Below, one piece after another: positions 1 to 11,395 of a stretch of DNA of 64,000 nucleotides. The DNA lies in assembly GCA_026770705.1 (NCBI GenBank), contig JANJGN010000034.1, positions 13,144,001 through 13,208,000 on the forward strand, read 5' to 3'. The number at the start of each line of letters is the position of its first letter. Positions within the stretch are counted from its first letter, which is position 1. The DNA comes from Isurus oxyrinchus. Taxonomy: Eukaryota. Position numbers and translations under genes: made by a program. The notes below the pieces were generated by a model. That model saw only the letters and a list, made by a program, of their open reading frames with translations. It was not told the DNA's origin and searched no databases.

Positions 1-417
1 CACAGCCCCAGGGTACACCGTCCCACTTCCTAGAAGGTTGGAACTTAAAGTAAAAAGGGACATTCCTCAAAAAGCTCAAAAGGCAAATGGTCATTATCAC
101 TACTGCCGCTGTTTTCTTGGTGCAAAATCTGGATTTCAGATTGTGACAGCAAATGGCCACAAAACGGTCGAAGATGAGAGTGATGGTCAGCCAAACGGAA
201 CAGTCTATAGCAGCGTAACCCAGCATGGCGTTAGCGCTGCACACTGCCATGTAGAACAGGAATGAGAATGGGAAATAGCTGAAACTAAGTGTAGTGAGTA
301 TGACATTGAAGATAATGACCATTAGATCGGCTGTCGCCATGGAGACCAGGTAGAGAGAAACACCTTTGCTGAGGCCGCACTTTCCCCGAGACAGATTCAC
401 AATCGTCACTAAATTAG
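1..417 (-). CDS. GPR139/GPR142-like class A GPCR copy 1, exon 2 (partial; runs off the window start)
   Basis: Acceptor aaccttccag| at 418-419, phase 1. Open frame ANLVTIVNLSRGKCGLSKGVSLYLVSMATADL...VCS...FDRFVAICC...WDGVPWGC with no stop to base 1. TM2 Asp and a DRF motif are intact. Confidence 0.85.
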
Positions 418-3400
418 CTGGAAGGTTAATTGAGAAGCTGTTGAATATTGAGAAGGGTGATGAGCCATCATTACCACAGTGTGACCCAATGAAAGAATAA
501 TCATCGGGTAAAATAATCACAGTGACGTCACGTAGAGAGACACATTTAAACACCAGTTCTCTAATGGTTTGAAAAGTACAATTTAAAGTCTCATGAATTG
601 TTCATGAGAAGGCATGAAACATGTAGTGATTCAAACAAGATACTCTACAGCACTAGTTGGTATTAATAGCTCTGGGAAATAGGTTTTTTTAAAAACAGAT
701 TTGAATCTCTAAAGTGCACTTTATAGCCAATGAAATATGTTTTGAAGCGTAGTCACCATTGCTATGCATGAAACCCACAGCCCATCCTATGCACTGCAAG
801 ATCCCACAAACCGCCATGCAATGCTGACCAGCCAATCTGGTATTGGGATGTTGATGAAGGGATAAGTATTGGCCAGGACCCCGGGGATAAATGATGCCAT
901 GGAGAACCTTTTATATCCAGGAAAGCAAGCAGATGGAGCTTCGGTTTGACATCTCACTCCCAAAACACAGCACCTCAGACAGTGCAGCACACCACCAATA
1001 CTGCATTGGTGTATCAGCTCTGATATTTGTGGCTCACGTGCTGTACGAGAAGGTATGGTGCACTGTAATGAAGGGCCGGAGATAGCACATTACATGTTGA
1101 GGGATCGAGAATAGACAGCGGGTGAAATGTCCTTTCAAAGGACGTTTTGAGGTGTTGGAGTTCACACCCCGAGTTATTGGTTCACACAACAACTATTCCA
1201 ACATCCCACATTCGACTGCGTAGGTAGATGAAAGCAAATAAACCTAATGTATAGGATAAAGCAGCCCTCTTGATTGGCACCCCATCCACAAACATTCACT
1301 CCCTCCACCACTGACATACAGTGTCAGTAGTGTGTGTACCATCTACAAGATGCACTGCAGGAACTCACCAAGGCTCCTTCAACAGCACCTTCCAAACCCA
1401 CGACCACTACCATCTAGAAGGACAAGGGCAGCAGATACATGGGAACACCATCACCTGGAAGTTCCCCTCCAAGCCACTCACCATCCTGACTTGGAAATGT
1501 ATCAGCCGTTCCTTCACTGTCGCTGGGTCAAAACCCAGGAACCCCTTCCCTAACAGCACTGTGGGTATACCTACACTGAATGGACTGCAATGGTTCAAGA
1601 AGGCAGCTCACCACCACCTTCTCAATGGGCAACTAGGTATATGGGCAATAAATGCTGGCCCAGCCAGCGAAGCCGCCACCCTGTGAACAAATGTAAGTAA
1701 AACATAGTGGAACATTATGGGTAAATGTGATTAAGTTCAGGAAAAGCACTAACCTGGCCTGGCCATAATTAACAGGTAAGCAAATGTATTGCATAGCGGT
1801 CTCTAACTTCCTGATGTTTATCCTCTCGATGCCATAGAAATTTAAATGGCAACTGAGTGTCTGTTTCCGACACTGATCTGCATATGGTTGAGTGGAGAGG
1901 CTAAACGCATTAATTAACTGGGTTGCTGCTCTTTCCCCTAGAAAATGGAAGGCTGAGAAATGAACTGACCTTCATGAATATGTGACCATTGAATGGAGTG
2001 GACATGCCAAACTGGAGCCCTTTGGAAGTGGTAAGATCATCATGAACAAATCCAATAGGACATTCACGGGAGGCTCCCTTATTTAGCAAGCGGTTGGAAT
2101 ATGGAACCCCCGGCCACAAGAGGTATTTGAGATAAATAAAAGAGTTTAAGGGTAAACTAGGTAAGTTCACGGGCGAGCAAGGAGTACCAAGTTATTTTGG
2201 GAGGATTAGGGGTAGGAGACTCATGTGGAAATTCATCCCATGTGCCCTGTACCTCTGCTGAATATTCCATAGAATTATAATTAATTTCACTTAAAAAAAT
2301 CACATCAATTCAATTCAATTTCATTATACATATGGAGATTCGTTTCATTTTGGGTACTTTACTCATGGGCTAAAATAAAATTACATCTAAATGAATAATA
2401 ACAATTAAAAAAAAAGAATTAACCTATCAGAGATCTAAATTTAATTAACTATGCATCAATACGTGTTTAATTCATTCAAATAATCAGTCAGTGAGTCCCA
2501 GCCTAAGTACATATCCTCATCCATATATCAAACTCCTATTCACAGTTTTAAGGGCACTAATGAGTTCAGGAACGGACTTGCCTGCGTCGGAGGGATTGTA
2601 GCTCTGACCCTGAATGCATCCATTCAAAGTTAAAGTGCTCTACGGTTAAAATTCATCGAAAGCAGATTTCGCCAGGAGAGGTCTGTTGGTCAAATCTCTT
2701 TCTTGCCTGCTTCAAGAATCCTCAGCACTCTCAAGGGGCCTGCTGCTCTAAGACAACGGTACCAGTCGTGGCATCTATCAAGGACAGCGCCCTCAACCAC
2801 AGCCACATGGAAGAGTTTCCTGACTGTAGGATCACCTTCCAAATCCACGACATCTACCATCTAGAAGGTCGAGGGCTGCAGACACATGGGGAACAGCACC
2901 ACCTGGAAGTCCCCCTCCAAGCCACTCACCATCCTGACTTGGAAATATATCAGCCGTTCCTTCACTGTGGCTGGGTCAAAATCCTGGAACCCCCTCCCTA
3001 ACAGCACTGTGGGTGTACCTACACCACATGGACTGCAGCGGCTCAAGAAGGCAGCTCACCAACCACCTTCTCAAGGGGCAACTAGGAATGGGCAATAAAT
3101 GCTGGGCCCAGCCAGCGAAGCCCACGTCTCGTGAATGAATTTTAAGAAGTCGAGAAGTTTTTGATTTCTGGAGACTAATGTACATCGCTTGCCTACCACG
3201 CCTGAGCACTCTTCCCTCTCGTTCAACTGGCCAGCCTACTTTAACACCGAGATATCTGGAGCCGGCAACTACTTCAATTTCCAAACCATGAATCTTCGCA
3301 GGAGCCGTATCATTAACTGTCTTTTTTTTTTGCCGAACTAGTACTTTCACTTTGTTTTTGCTCCGTTTTGAAAGAATGGTTCCTGCGTCATTTTACGAAC

Positions 3401-4184
3401 TCATTCACCCGAGCCCCTGGTTCCCGAGGAGACCCACCAGCATTAGGGACGTCTCAGCAGCATGTATGTGTCCGGAGTCATTCGGAGAGAGGGTGAAAAT
3501 GAAAAGAGACATCACCGGGGGAGGGAGTGGGGGGGGGGGGGTGGGGGGCGCGGTGGTCGCTGACATGGGCTCCAAGTGATACCCGGTGTGCAAACTGCGA
3601 CTGGTCCAGAGGGATCGAACAGGCGGTTTCACACAATCCGTCAGAAGTCCCTTTAAGGCTGTGGGCCGGGAGAGCCAACTGTTCATCCGTCTGCTCCAGC
3701 CACGGGCCGGACTTCCGAGCAGTCAGGGCGATTATCCAACTCAGTCCAACATTGCAGAATGGCTGCGGCGCCGAAGGAGGGCCATTCGGCCCGTCGTGCC
3801 TGCGCCGGACCTCCAAAGGAGCACTTCACCGAACGCCTGCTTCCCCGCTTTCTGCCCGCAAGCCCTGCACACACGCTTTCCCGGTTGACGCTGCCTCCGT
3901 CACACTCTCACCTTCCGGACCCGGGCTACTCCTTGCATGAGGGTGAGGGGGGTGGGTTGGTGCGGGGGATTTGCCCCCACCCCCTCCCCCCTCCCTCCTC
4001 CTCCTCTTCCTCCCTTTACCGCCATTGGTTCTCGTGCCAATTGCCCTAAATCCAAGAATATCTTCCAGCCTGCAGATTCACCGCTCTAGCTTGACAAGGC
4101 TTCTCACCACGAAGCACGGAGCTCTCAGTAAAAGCGGATCCACCCCATCAGAAAAACGGTTTCCCTCTCTCACCTCCACCCCTC

Positions 4185-4215
<31 letters not shown>

Positions 4216-4964
4216 ACACACACCCACACACACACCCACACACACACACACTTGTACACTCGTCCCGCGTGGTTTGGACTCGCTAGGGTGACGAGCTCAT
4301 TGTCGAATAATAGGATAATCGAGTACAGGAGGATCCCATTGGACTCTTTGAAAGAGCTTTCCAGTTAGTCCCACTACCCGCCCCCAACCACCCCACCCCA
4401 CCCCCCCAACCCATTCCAACCCCAGCCTTTCCAATGATCCGCCTATTGATCCAAAACCCTTTTGAAAATTACTGTCTGTGATCTCCATCCCAGGCGGTCA
4501 ATTCAAATAATAATTAGACTCGGAAGTTTAGGAGGCAGTCTCCTTTCGCCTTTGGTCTCGGCTTAAGAACTGTGTAAGATCTCGTACCCCAGGCTATCAA
4601 AGCTCCTGGACATAGTGCTTCCCCCAAAACCCCGATTAGCGCGATCAAGCCCCTTCATAACTGTGAGCATTCCTATGATACCTCTCCCAGCCCCACCCCC
4701 CCCCCCCCCACCCCCACCTCCGACAACCCCCCTCTCCCCCCAACTCTTCCTCTGCTCTATGGAGAATGCACAACCTCTATCATCTCTCCACACAACTGAA
4801 GCTTCTCATCCCCTGGTGCCACTTCAGCCAATCTCTCCTCTGCACCCTCCCCCGGAACCATCGCATCGACGCCCGGATCGCAAAGCCAGCGATCGAATGT
4901 TTCACTCTCAAGGCAGACCGGACCATTCACATCACATCTGAGGAAGTGGGAAGGGCATCCTCAC

Positions 4965-5034
4965 CCGGAATACAGACGGCTGCAAGGAAGTGGAAGGCAA
5001 CGATTAAAATCTGAATAGTTATTGGCCCTTGCAT
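4965..5034 (-). CDS. GPR139/GPR142-like GPCR copy 1, exon 1
   Basis: ATG at 5034, MQGPITIQILIVAFHFLAAVCIP, donor G|gtgagg (phase 1). Joins exon 2 to complete TM1 (...CIP-A-NLVTIV). A paralogous exon lies at 35816-35885. Confidence 0.85.
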
Positions 5035-5041
5035 TGTTAGT

Positions 5042-5226
5042 CAAAAACAGAATTACCTGGAAAAACTCAGCAGGTCTGGCAGCATCGGCGGAGAAGAAAA
5101 GAGTTGACGTTTCGAGTCCTCATGACCCTTCGACAGAACTTGATGCTGCCAGACCTGCTGAGTTTTTCCAGGTAATTCTGTTTTTGTTTTGGATTTCCAG
5201 CATCCGCAGTTTTCTTTGTTTTTATT
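5042..5226. mobile_element. Short Penelope-derived fold-back insertion with 14-bp TSD
   Basis: Perfect 45-bp inverted repeat of the Penelope pLTR end (5042-5086 / 5142-5186). TSD cttgcattgttagt at 5028-5041 and 5227-5240. The paralog shows the empty site at ~35880. Confidence 0.9.
5102..5140 (-). ncRNA. Minimal Penelope-type hammerhead-ribozyme-like motif (A6U core variant)
   Basis: AGUU-CUGUCGA-A-GGGUC-AUGAG-GACUC-GAA-ACGU-C-AACU: 4-bp stem I, 5-bp stem II, GAAA, palindromic ACGU stem III and a GUC site. Confidence 0.55.
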
Positions 5227-5321
5227 CTTGCATTGTTAGTGTTGGCCGATCTCACTCACCGACTCTGCAGGCAGGGCTTGGCAGTCTGGGTTCAGATCCC
5301 GAGTTGAAAACGGTGCATCAC

Positions 5322-5328
5322 TTATATA
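5322..5328 (-). promoter_or_regulatory. Putative TATA box of GPCR copy 1
   Basis: Minus strand TATATAA(G), about 90 nt upstream of the pre-insertion ATG position. The paralog has TGTATAAG at the equivalent place (~35973-35980). Confidence 0.5.
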
Positions 5329-6353
5329 GGGTTGTAAACCCCCTCTGCGACACAACCGGGGTTCAGTTCCAGTATAGTGAACATAGTGAACACACTTATT
5401 AAGAGCGTCCCTCAGCGCTGACATATTCCACATGGGAATGGGGCTATTTGTGACCAGCGCTCCTCAGGGGGCTTTCACCAGCAATGAAGTGCGTTTGTTT
5501 CTCAGTCAGGTTCTTGCAGAACAGGCGCTGATTCACTTCGGGGCAACAACCTGGGCGGAATGTTACTTCCCGTGCCGGTCACCCTCTGCGTTACTGTCGA
5601 TGAGAGAGAAGGATTAATGGACAGAATTATGTGCAGCTCTGCCGCCCTCTACCGCCGAGGGAGCGGGTTCCCGACCAAACCCTAAGCGTCAAGCCAAGGG
5701 AAGCATTAATGTTACGGCCCAGTGGTTGAAAGCTACCATTTGAGATACAAGCGACTCCTGGCATCACATTAACCTGAAGGCACCGCCCCCCTCACTTTAG
5801 AAGGGGTCCCTCTGCAGCAGGTAAAAATGCGTGGCTGGGTCGGAAAATGAGTCGATATTTACAAGTGAACACTTGGAATCTCCCCCTGGAGTAGCAGGGC
5901 CTGCCCGCTGCCTAGAGGTCAGTTCACGGTCCTGCCGTTGCAAGACTGGGTTGGATAGGTTTCTGATGGGTGGGATTGTCAAGGCGTATTGGACCCAAGC
6001 TGGGTGATTGAGGGGAAGGTCAGCCATGATCTGACTGAATGGCAGAATCGGTTGAAGGGGCTGAATGGCCTCCTGATTTTTTTTTAAAGCTTACCTTCCC
6101 ATACGCGCGAAGGAAAGTTGGGAAGAACTCTGCATCTCAGAGAGAGAGAGAGAGAGAGAGCAATTAAGGTATTTTCTAAATGGCAAGAAAAACAGAGCTA
6201 ACGTTTCGAATCCGTACCACTCTTCTTATCTATGTACTCCTGCTCCTATTTCTTATGTTCTTATAAATAGGGGCTGAGGCCTGAGGCAGATCAGCCATGG
6301 TCTTATTGAATGGTGCCGAATGGCCTACCCCTGCTCCTGTTTCTTGAGTTCTT

Positions 6354-6560
6354 ATCTATCTTTCTGCCTATCGATCGATCTATCTATCTATCTATCTGCC
6401 TATCGATCTACCTGCCTATCTATCTATCTATCCATCTATCTGCCTATCTATCTGTCTATCTACCTGCCTACCTATCTGTCCATCCAACTATCTATCTATC
6501 TAATGTCTATCCATCTGTCTGTCTGTCTGTCTGTCTATCTGTCTATCTACCTGCCATGCA
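6354..6560. repeat. (CTAT)n/(CTGT)n compound microsatellite
   Basis: Direct inspection. Confidence 0.95.
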
Positions 6561-8079
6561 TCTTTATTACGTATGATCATTTTTCAACGAATCTAGTTAT
6601 ATATCTATTATCCACTTATTATGCATGCGTCCATTCAACTATTTGTCGATGCTTTACATCTCAATAGGCAGGTGAGTTCTTTAAGATGGATGCTGAAAGG
6701 ATTATGGTTTGCGGGTTAAAATAAACCATGAATTGGAATACTGTCATGATTCCCCAAACTAGGAGAGCCTTTCCATTGGGCTATTTGGCAGTGTACAGGT
6801 CTAATTGAAGGTTGAAAACTTTCAATGTTCCCTATGCATTGACTGGGATGCCTGTGTGGAGTGAAGAGCATGATTTCACTCAACGGCACATTAGGGATAC
6901 CAGAAACCATTAGTCATAGTTCAAATTTAAATGCCAAGTTATATTGCAGTTGTTGGTTATTCCAATTTACAAGTGTGGATATGGCCAACAACAGTCCCAG
7001 GAACAAATCTTGACACACATTGAGAGGAAACTCAAAACCACCATGTGAAAGCAAGTAGGACCCATGTGCTGTATTTACTGTTTTTGCTGCACTTGGGGAG
7101 TCAGTGACATAGTGTTATTGTCACTGGGCTAGTAATCCAGCAACTCAGGGCAATGCTTTGGGGACCCGGGTTCCAATCCCATAATGGCAGAGGGTGAACT
7201 TTTATTGAGTTCAATTTATTGACTTGAATTGAATTCAATAAAAAAAAAATCTGGAATTAAAAGTCTAATGATGACCATGAATCAATTGTCATAAAAGCCA
7301 GCTGGTTCACTAAAATGGCCAACTTTTAAACTCTCCCAAGCCACTAGTTATCAGGACTAGTAAAGCACACTGGCAAGTTCCACCCCAAACCATGCCATGT
7401 CCTGGCTTGGTATGGTATCTGTTTTCCTTCACTGTTGTGGGATACAAACCCTGATAACCCTCTCTCCCTAACAACACATTGGGGGTATCTGCACAAGGTG
7501 GACTGTAGCAGTTCCAGGAGGCGGCTCCCCACTGCCTTCTCCAGGGCAATTAGGGATGGGCAACAAATAATGGCCCTGTCAGCTTCACGCAGATACCCCA
7601 AAAGAATCAAAGGAAAAGTGGACCCTTAACCACCCTCTGAAATGGCCTAGCTAGCCACCCAGTTCAAGGGCAATTAGGGATGGGCAACAAATGCTGGTTT
7701 TGCCAGGGACACCCACATCCTGTGAAAGAATGAGGAAAATATCGAAGTTTCTGCTGGATTAATTTTTTGGGTTTATTACTTACTGTCTCATGATTATGGC
7801 CCTCTGGTTCTGGCCTTACCCAACAAGTGAAAGTGTCCTATCAAACATCCTTTTTAAGGATCGTTATCGTGTCACACCTCAGCCCCTCTCTGCTTCAGCA
7901 TTGAACACAATACCCGTAAGCCTCTTCGCTTCGCCGATTGAATGTAATGCTGGCCGCACCTTCAGGCCAGCTCGATGTGTAACTCATTTCCATAGTGTCT
8001 GAAAGGATTTTCGCCAACCTGGAACCAAAGGCAATAGGATGAGAAGCCATCGGCCCCTCCCCAGATTTAAAAAGGTAAA

Positions 8080-9197
8080 CTTTTTTTTTGGAAAAATATA
8101 CTTTATTCATAAAATATCTGAAAGAACATTACAAAACATTTCCAAATTGCCATCACAATAAGTGCAATCATATTCCAACTTTCCACATAGATCATGAGAT
8201 GCTTCAATACAATCAGTGAACATACAGACATTTCAACTTGGTCATTACAGTCAGTCCAACAGTACAATGGGATTCAAGTTATGGACAGAGATCATGTTGC
8301 TTTCTGAGGTGCTTCAATACAATTGTGATACATTTAGTATTCACTATATACATTAGTTCTGAGTCATACAGCCCGAGGGGTCTTTACAGTTTCCAGCCCC
8401 TCGGTGCACTATGGCTGAAAGGTCTCGGACAGTGACCTTTCCCCATTGCGCCTTTGTGGCGGCTGCCCCAAGCTTTAGTGTGTCCCTCAGAACATAGACC
8501 TGGACCTTGGAATGTGCTAGTCTGCAACACTTGGTCAGGGACAACTCTTTGTGCTGGAAGACCAACAAGTTTCGGCCAGACCAGAGAGCATCTTTCACCG
8601 AGTTGATGATCCTCCAGCTGCAGTTGATGTCTGTCTTGGTGTGTGTCCCTGGGAACAGCCCGTAGAGCACAGAGTCCTGTGTCACAGAACTGCTCGGGAT
8701 GAACCTCCACAGAAACCACTGCATCTCTCTCCAGACCTTCTTTGCAAAGGCACAATCCATAAGGAGGTGAACAACGGTCTCGTCCCCACCACAGCCACCT
8801 CGAGGGCAATGTGCAGAGGGGGTGAGACTCCTGGCGTGTAGGAAGGATCTTACAGGGAGGGCCTTTCTCACCACCAGCCAAGCTACATCTTGGTGCCTGT
8901 TGGAAAGTTCTGGCGATGAGGCATTCTGCCAAATGACTTTGACAGTCTGCTCGGGGAACCATCCCATAGGATCCACCCTCTCCTTTTCCCTCAGGGCCCC
9001 TAAGATGTTACGTGCAGACCACTGCCTGATGGACTTGTGGTCAAAGGTGTTTCTCTGCATAAATTTCTCCACGAGGGATAGGGTGGTACAGCACGGTCCA
9101 ACTACTTGGAGCGTTCCGTGGCAGCGTGGCCAGACCCATCCTTCACTACACCAGGGACAGGTAGAACCTCAGCACGCAGTGACACTTGGTGTTTGCT
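8080..9197 (-). mobile_element. Tx1/L1-clade LINE, 3' part (ORF2 C-terminal zinc finger, 3' UTR, poly-A)
   Basis: ORF 8353-9072 contains CPRGGCGGDETVVHLLMDCAFAKKVW (zf-RVT-like). On the minus strand there is AATAAA and a poly-A tail at ~8080-8106. Confidence 0.85.
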
Positions 9198-9439
9198 ATA
9201 AACTGTTCGGGGAAGAGGAGCCTCGTGTTTCTGCCTCAGCAGGCATGAGGAGGACTCCACTGGGCTGATCCCTCGCATCTGATATTAAAGCCATTGAACC
9301 AAACCTTCCACAAACAGACACTCCTCGCTGGTAGACAGCCGCAGCGACAAAAACGTTCACCGTTCCCACGAAGGGATGGGCTACTAGTGAAAACTTTGAC
9401 ATCAGTTACAGCGCCACATTGAGGAGGGAATATGTTTTT

Positions 9440-9523
9440 TTGAAAACAAAAACAGAATTACCTGGAAAAACTCAGCAGGTCTGGCAGCATCGGCGGAGAA
9501 GAAAAGAGTTGACGTTTCGAGTC
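9440..9523 (-). mobile_element. Penelope pLTR terminal fragment
   Basis: Near-identical to the pLTR end seen at 5042, 13510 and 43209; no clear TSD. Confidence 0.8.
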
Positions 9524-10484
9524 CGGGTGACCATTCATTTTATGCATGGACTGGCCCGAGTTACATCAATGCCTCTGTCATACGCTGCCAGAAGGGGGCG
9601 GTCTAAACAGATAGAATAATCACTTTCAAAAGCAAATGAGACATTTGAAAGCAGACTATTTGAATGGTTACTGGTAAAGGGATTGGATGGATCTTTCAAA
9701 GACTCTAATAAATCCCTCACTGGGCGGGGGGGGGGGGGGGGGGGGGACCAACGCCTCTTTGCGGACATAGACTCCATGTGCAGACATTCAAGACCACAGG
9801 GCTTTGTAGATGGTGCATATTTCCCTCTTGTCACTCCAACTGAATTCAGCTCCACTGCCGAAAATATTGCACTCGTCAAATGCGGTCTCGGTCACAGCGA
9901 GGGCAAAAGCTGCGGGAACCTGCTGGCGCTCCGGGTCGGCTCGGTCTCCACAAAGTGAAGCGAAGACTGTCACATCGAGAGAGAGAGAGAGAGAGAGAGA
10001 AAAGGCAGCCTGCTTTAGACTGGAGGGGGTTGCAATACTCGCAGCGAGGTAACGCCCTGGGACTGTGCGGCTGTCAGTCTGCGTGCAAGTGACTGTCCCG
10101 GCCTGTCTCTCGCTGACCTCTGGGATGCGTCGAGTTGCCTCATTTCAGCTGGGACACAAACGTGTGGCCTCGCTCGAATGAGTGAAGCGCTCTCCTCCTT
10201 TCACTGCCCTTGTGACTGTGCGGCGTGTTTGCGTGCGGGGAGAAGACGCGCAGAAATTCCGCATTGCTCCCGATTGAATTGCTCCGTTGCGTAAGTTTTC
10301 TAATCAGCCTGGCATCCGCTGCAAAGAGCTGTCGAGTTGAAGGGCAGTTTTTCTTTTACTGCTAGAAATAAATCCCCGAGCATGAGTGTTCAGTTGCCGG
10401 TGTCTTAAAAAAGACTTGCAATTTCTATAGCGCCTTTCACCATCACCAATGGTGCAGCCAATGAAATGCTTTTGGAGTTCAATG

Positions 10485-11395
10485 TGTAAGTGTTTGTGTG
10501 TATGAGTGTGTGTGTTCGTGTGTGTGTGTATGTGCATGTGTGTGTATGCGTATGCGTGTGTTTGTGTGTCTTTCGGTGTGTGCGCGTGTATGTGTGTGCA
10601 TGAGTATGTATGTGCACGTCTGTGTGTGTTTGTATGCATGTGTGTATATGTGTATGCATGTGTTTTTGTGTGTGATTATGTGCTTGTGTGTGTATGTGCA
10701 TGTGTGTGTATGCGTATGCGTGTGTGTTTGTGTGTCTTTCGGNNNNNNNNNNNNNNNNNNNNNNNNNNNNNNNNNNNNNNNNNNNNNNNNNNNNNNNNNN
10801 NNNNNNNNNNNNNNNNNNNNNNNNNNNNNNNNNNNNNNNNNNNNNNNNNNNNNNNNNNNNNNNNNNNNNNNNNNNNNNNNNNNNNNNNTGTGTGCCTTTG
10901 TGTGTATGTGTATGCGTGTGTATGTGTATGCGTGTGTGTTTGTGTGTTAGTTTGTGCCTTTGTGTGTGTGTGTGTGTGTTTGTGTGCGTGTGTATGTGTA
11001 TGCATGTNNNNNNNNNNNNNNNNNNNNNNNNNNNNNNNNNNNNNNNNNNNNNNNNNNNNNNNNNNNNNNNNNNNNNNNNNNNNNNNNNNNNNNNNNNNNN
11101 NNNNNNNNNNNNNNNNNNNNNNNNNNNNNNNNNNNNNNNNNNNNNNNNNNNNNNNNNNNNNNNNNNNNNNNNNNNNNNNNNNNNNNNNNNNNNNNNNNNN
11201 NNNNNNNNNNNNNNNNNNNNNNNNNNNNNNNNNNNNNNNNNNNNNNTGTGCCTTTGTGTGTATGTGTGTGTGTGTGTGTTTGCACATGTGCATGTGAGTG
11301 TGTAAGTGTATGTGTGTGTGTGCAGTTTTGGGTGTGTATGCGTGTTTTTGTGTGTACATGTGTGTGTGCGTGAGAGAGTAAGTGAATGTGTGTTT
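10485..11395. repeat. Degenerate (TG)n/(TGTA)n array containing two N gaps (10743-10888, 11008-11246)
   Basis: Direct inspection. Confidence 0.95.

Noticed and set aside
38-265. Plus-strand ORFs over the GPCR exons (also 31897-32283, 44310-44777)
   Set aside because: Antisense shadows of the minus-strand GPCR reading frame.
5432-5617. Identical 61-aa ORF at 5432 and 45554 as a conserved small protein
   Set aside because: The identity follows from the 513-bp near-identical DNA tract. The third paralog's ORF differs in length and the peptide has no recognisable features.
7096-7185. tRNA gene
   Set aside because: The A/B-box-like head continues into a SINE body found in several copies; no complete cloverleaf.
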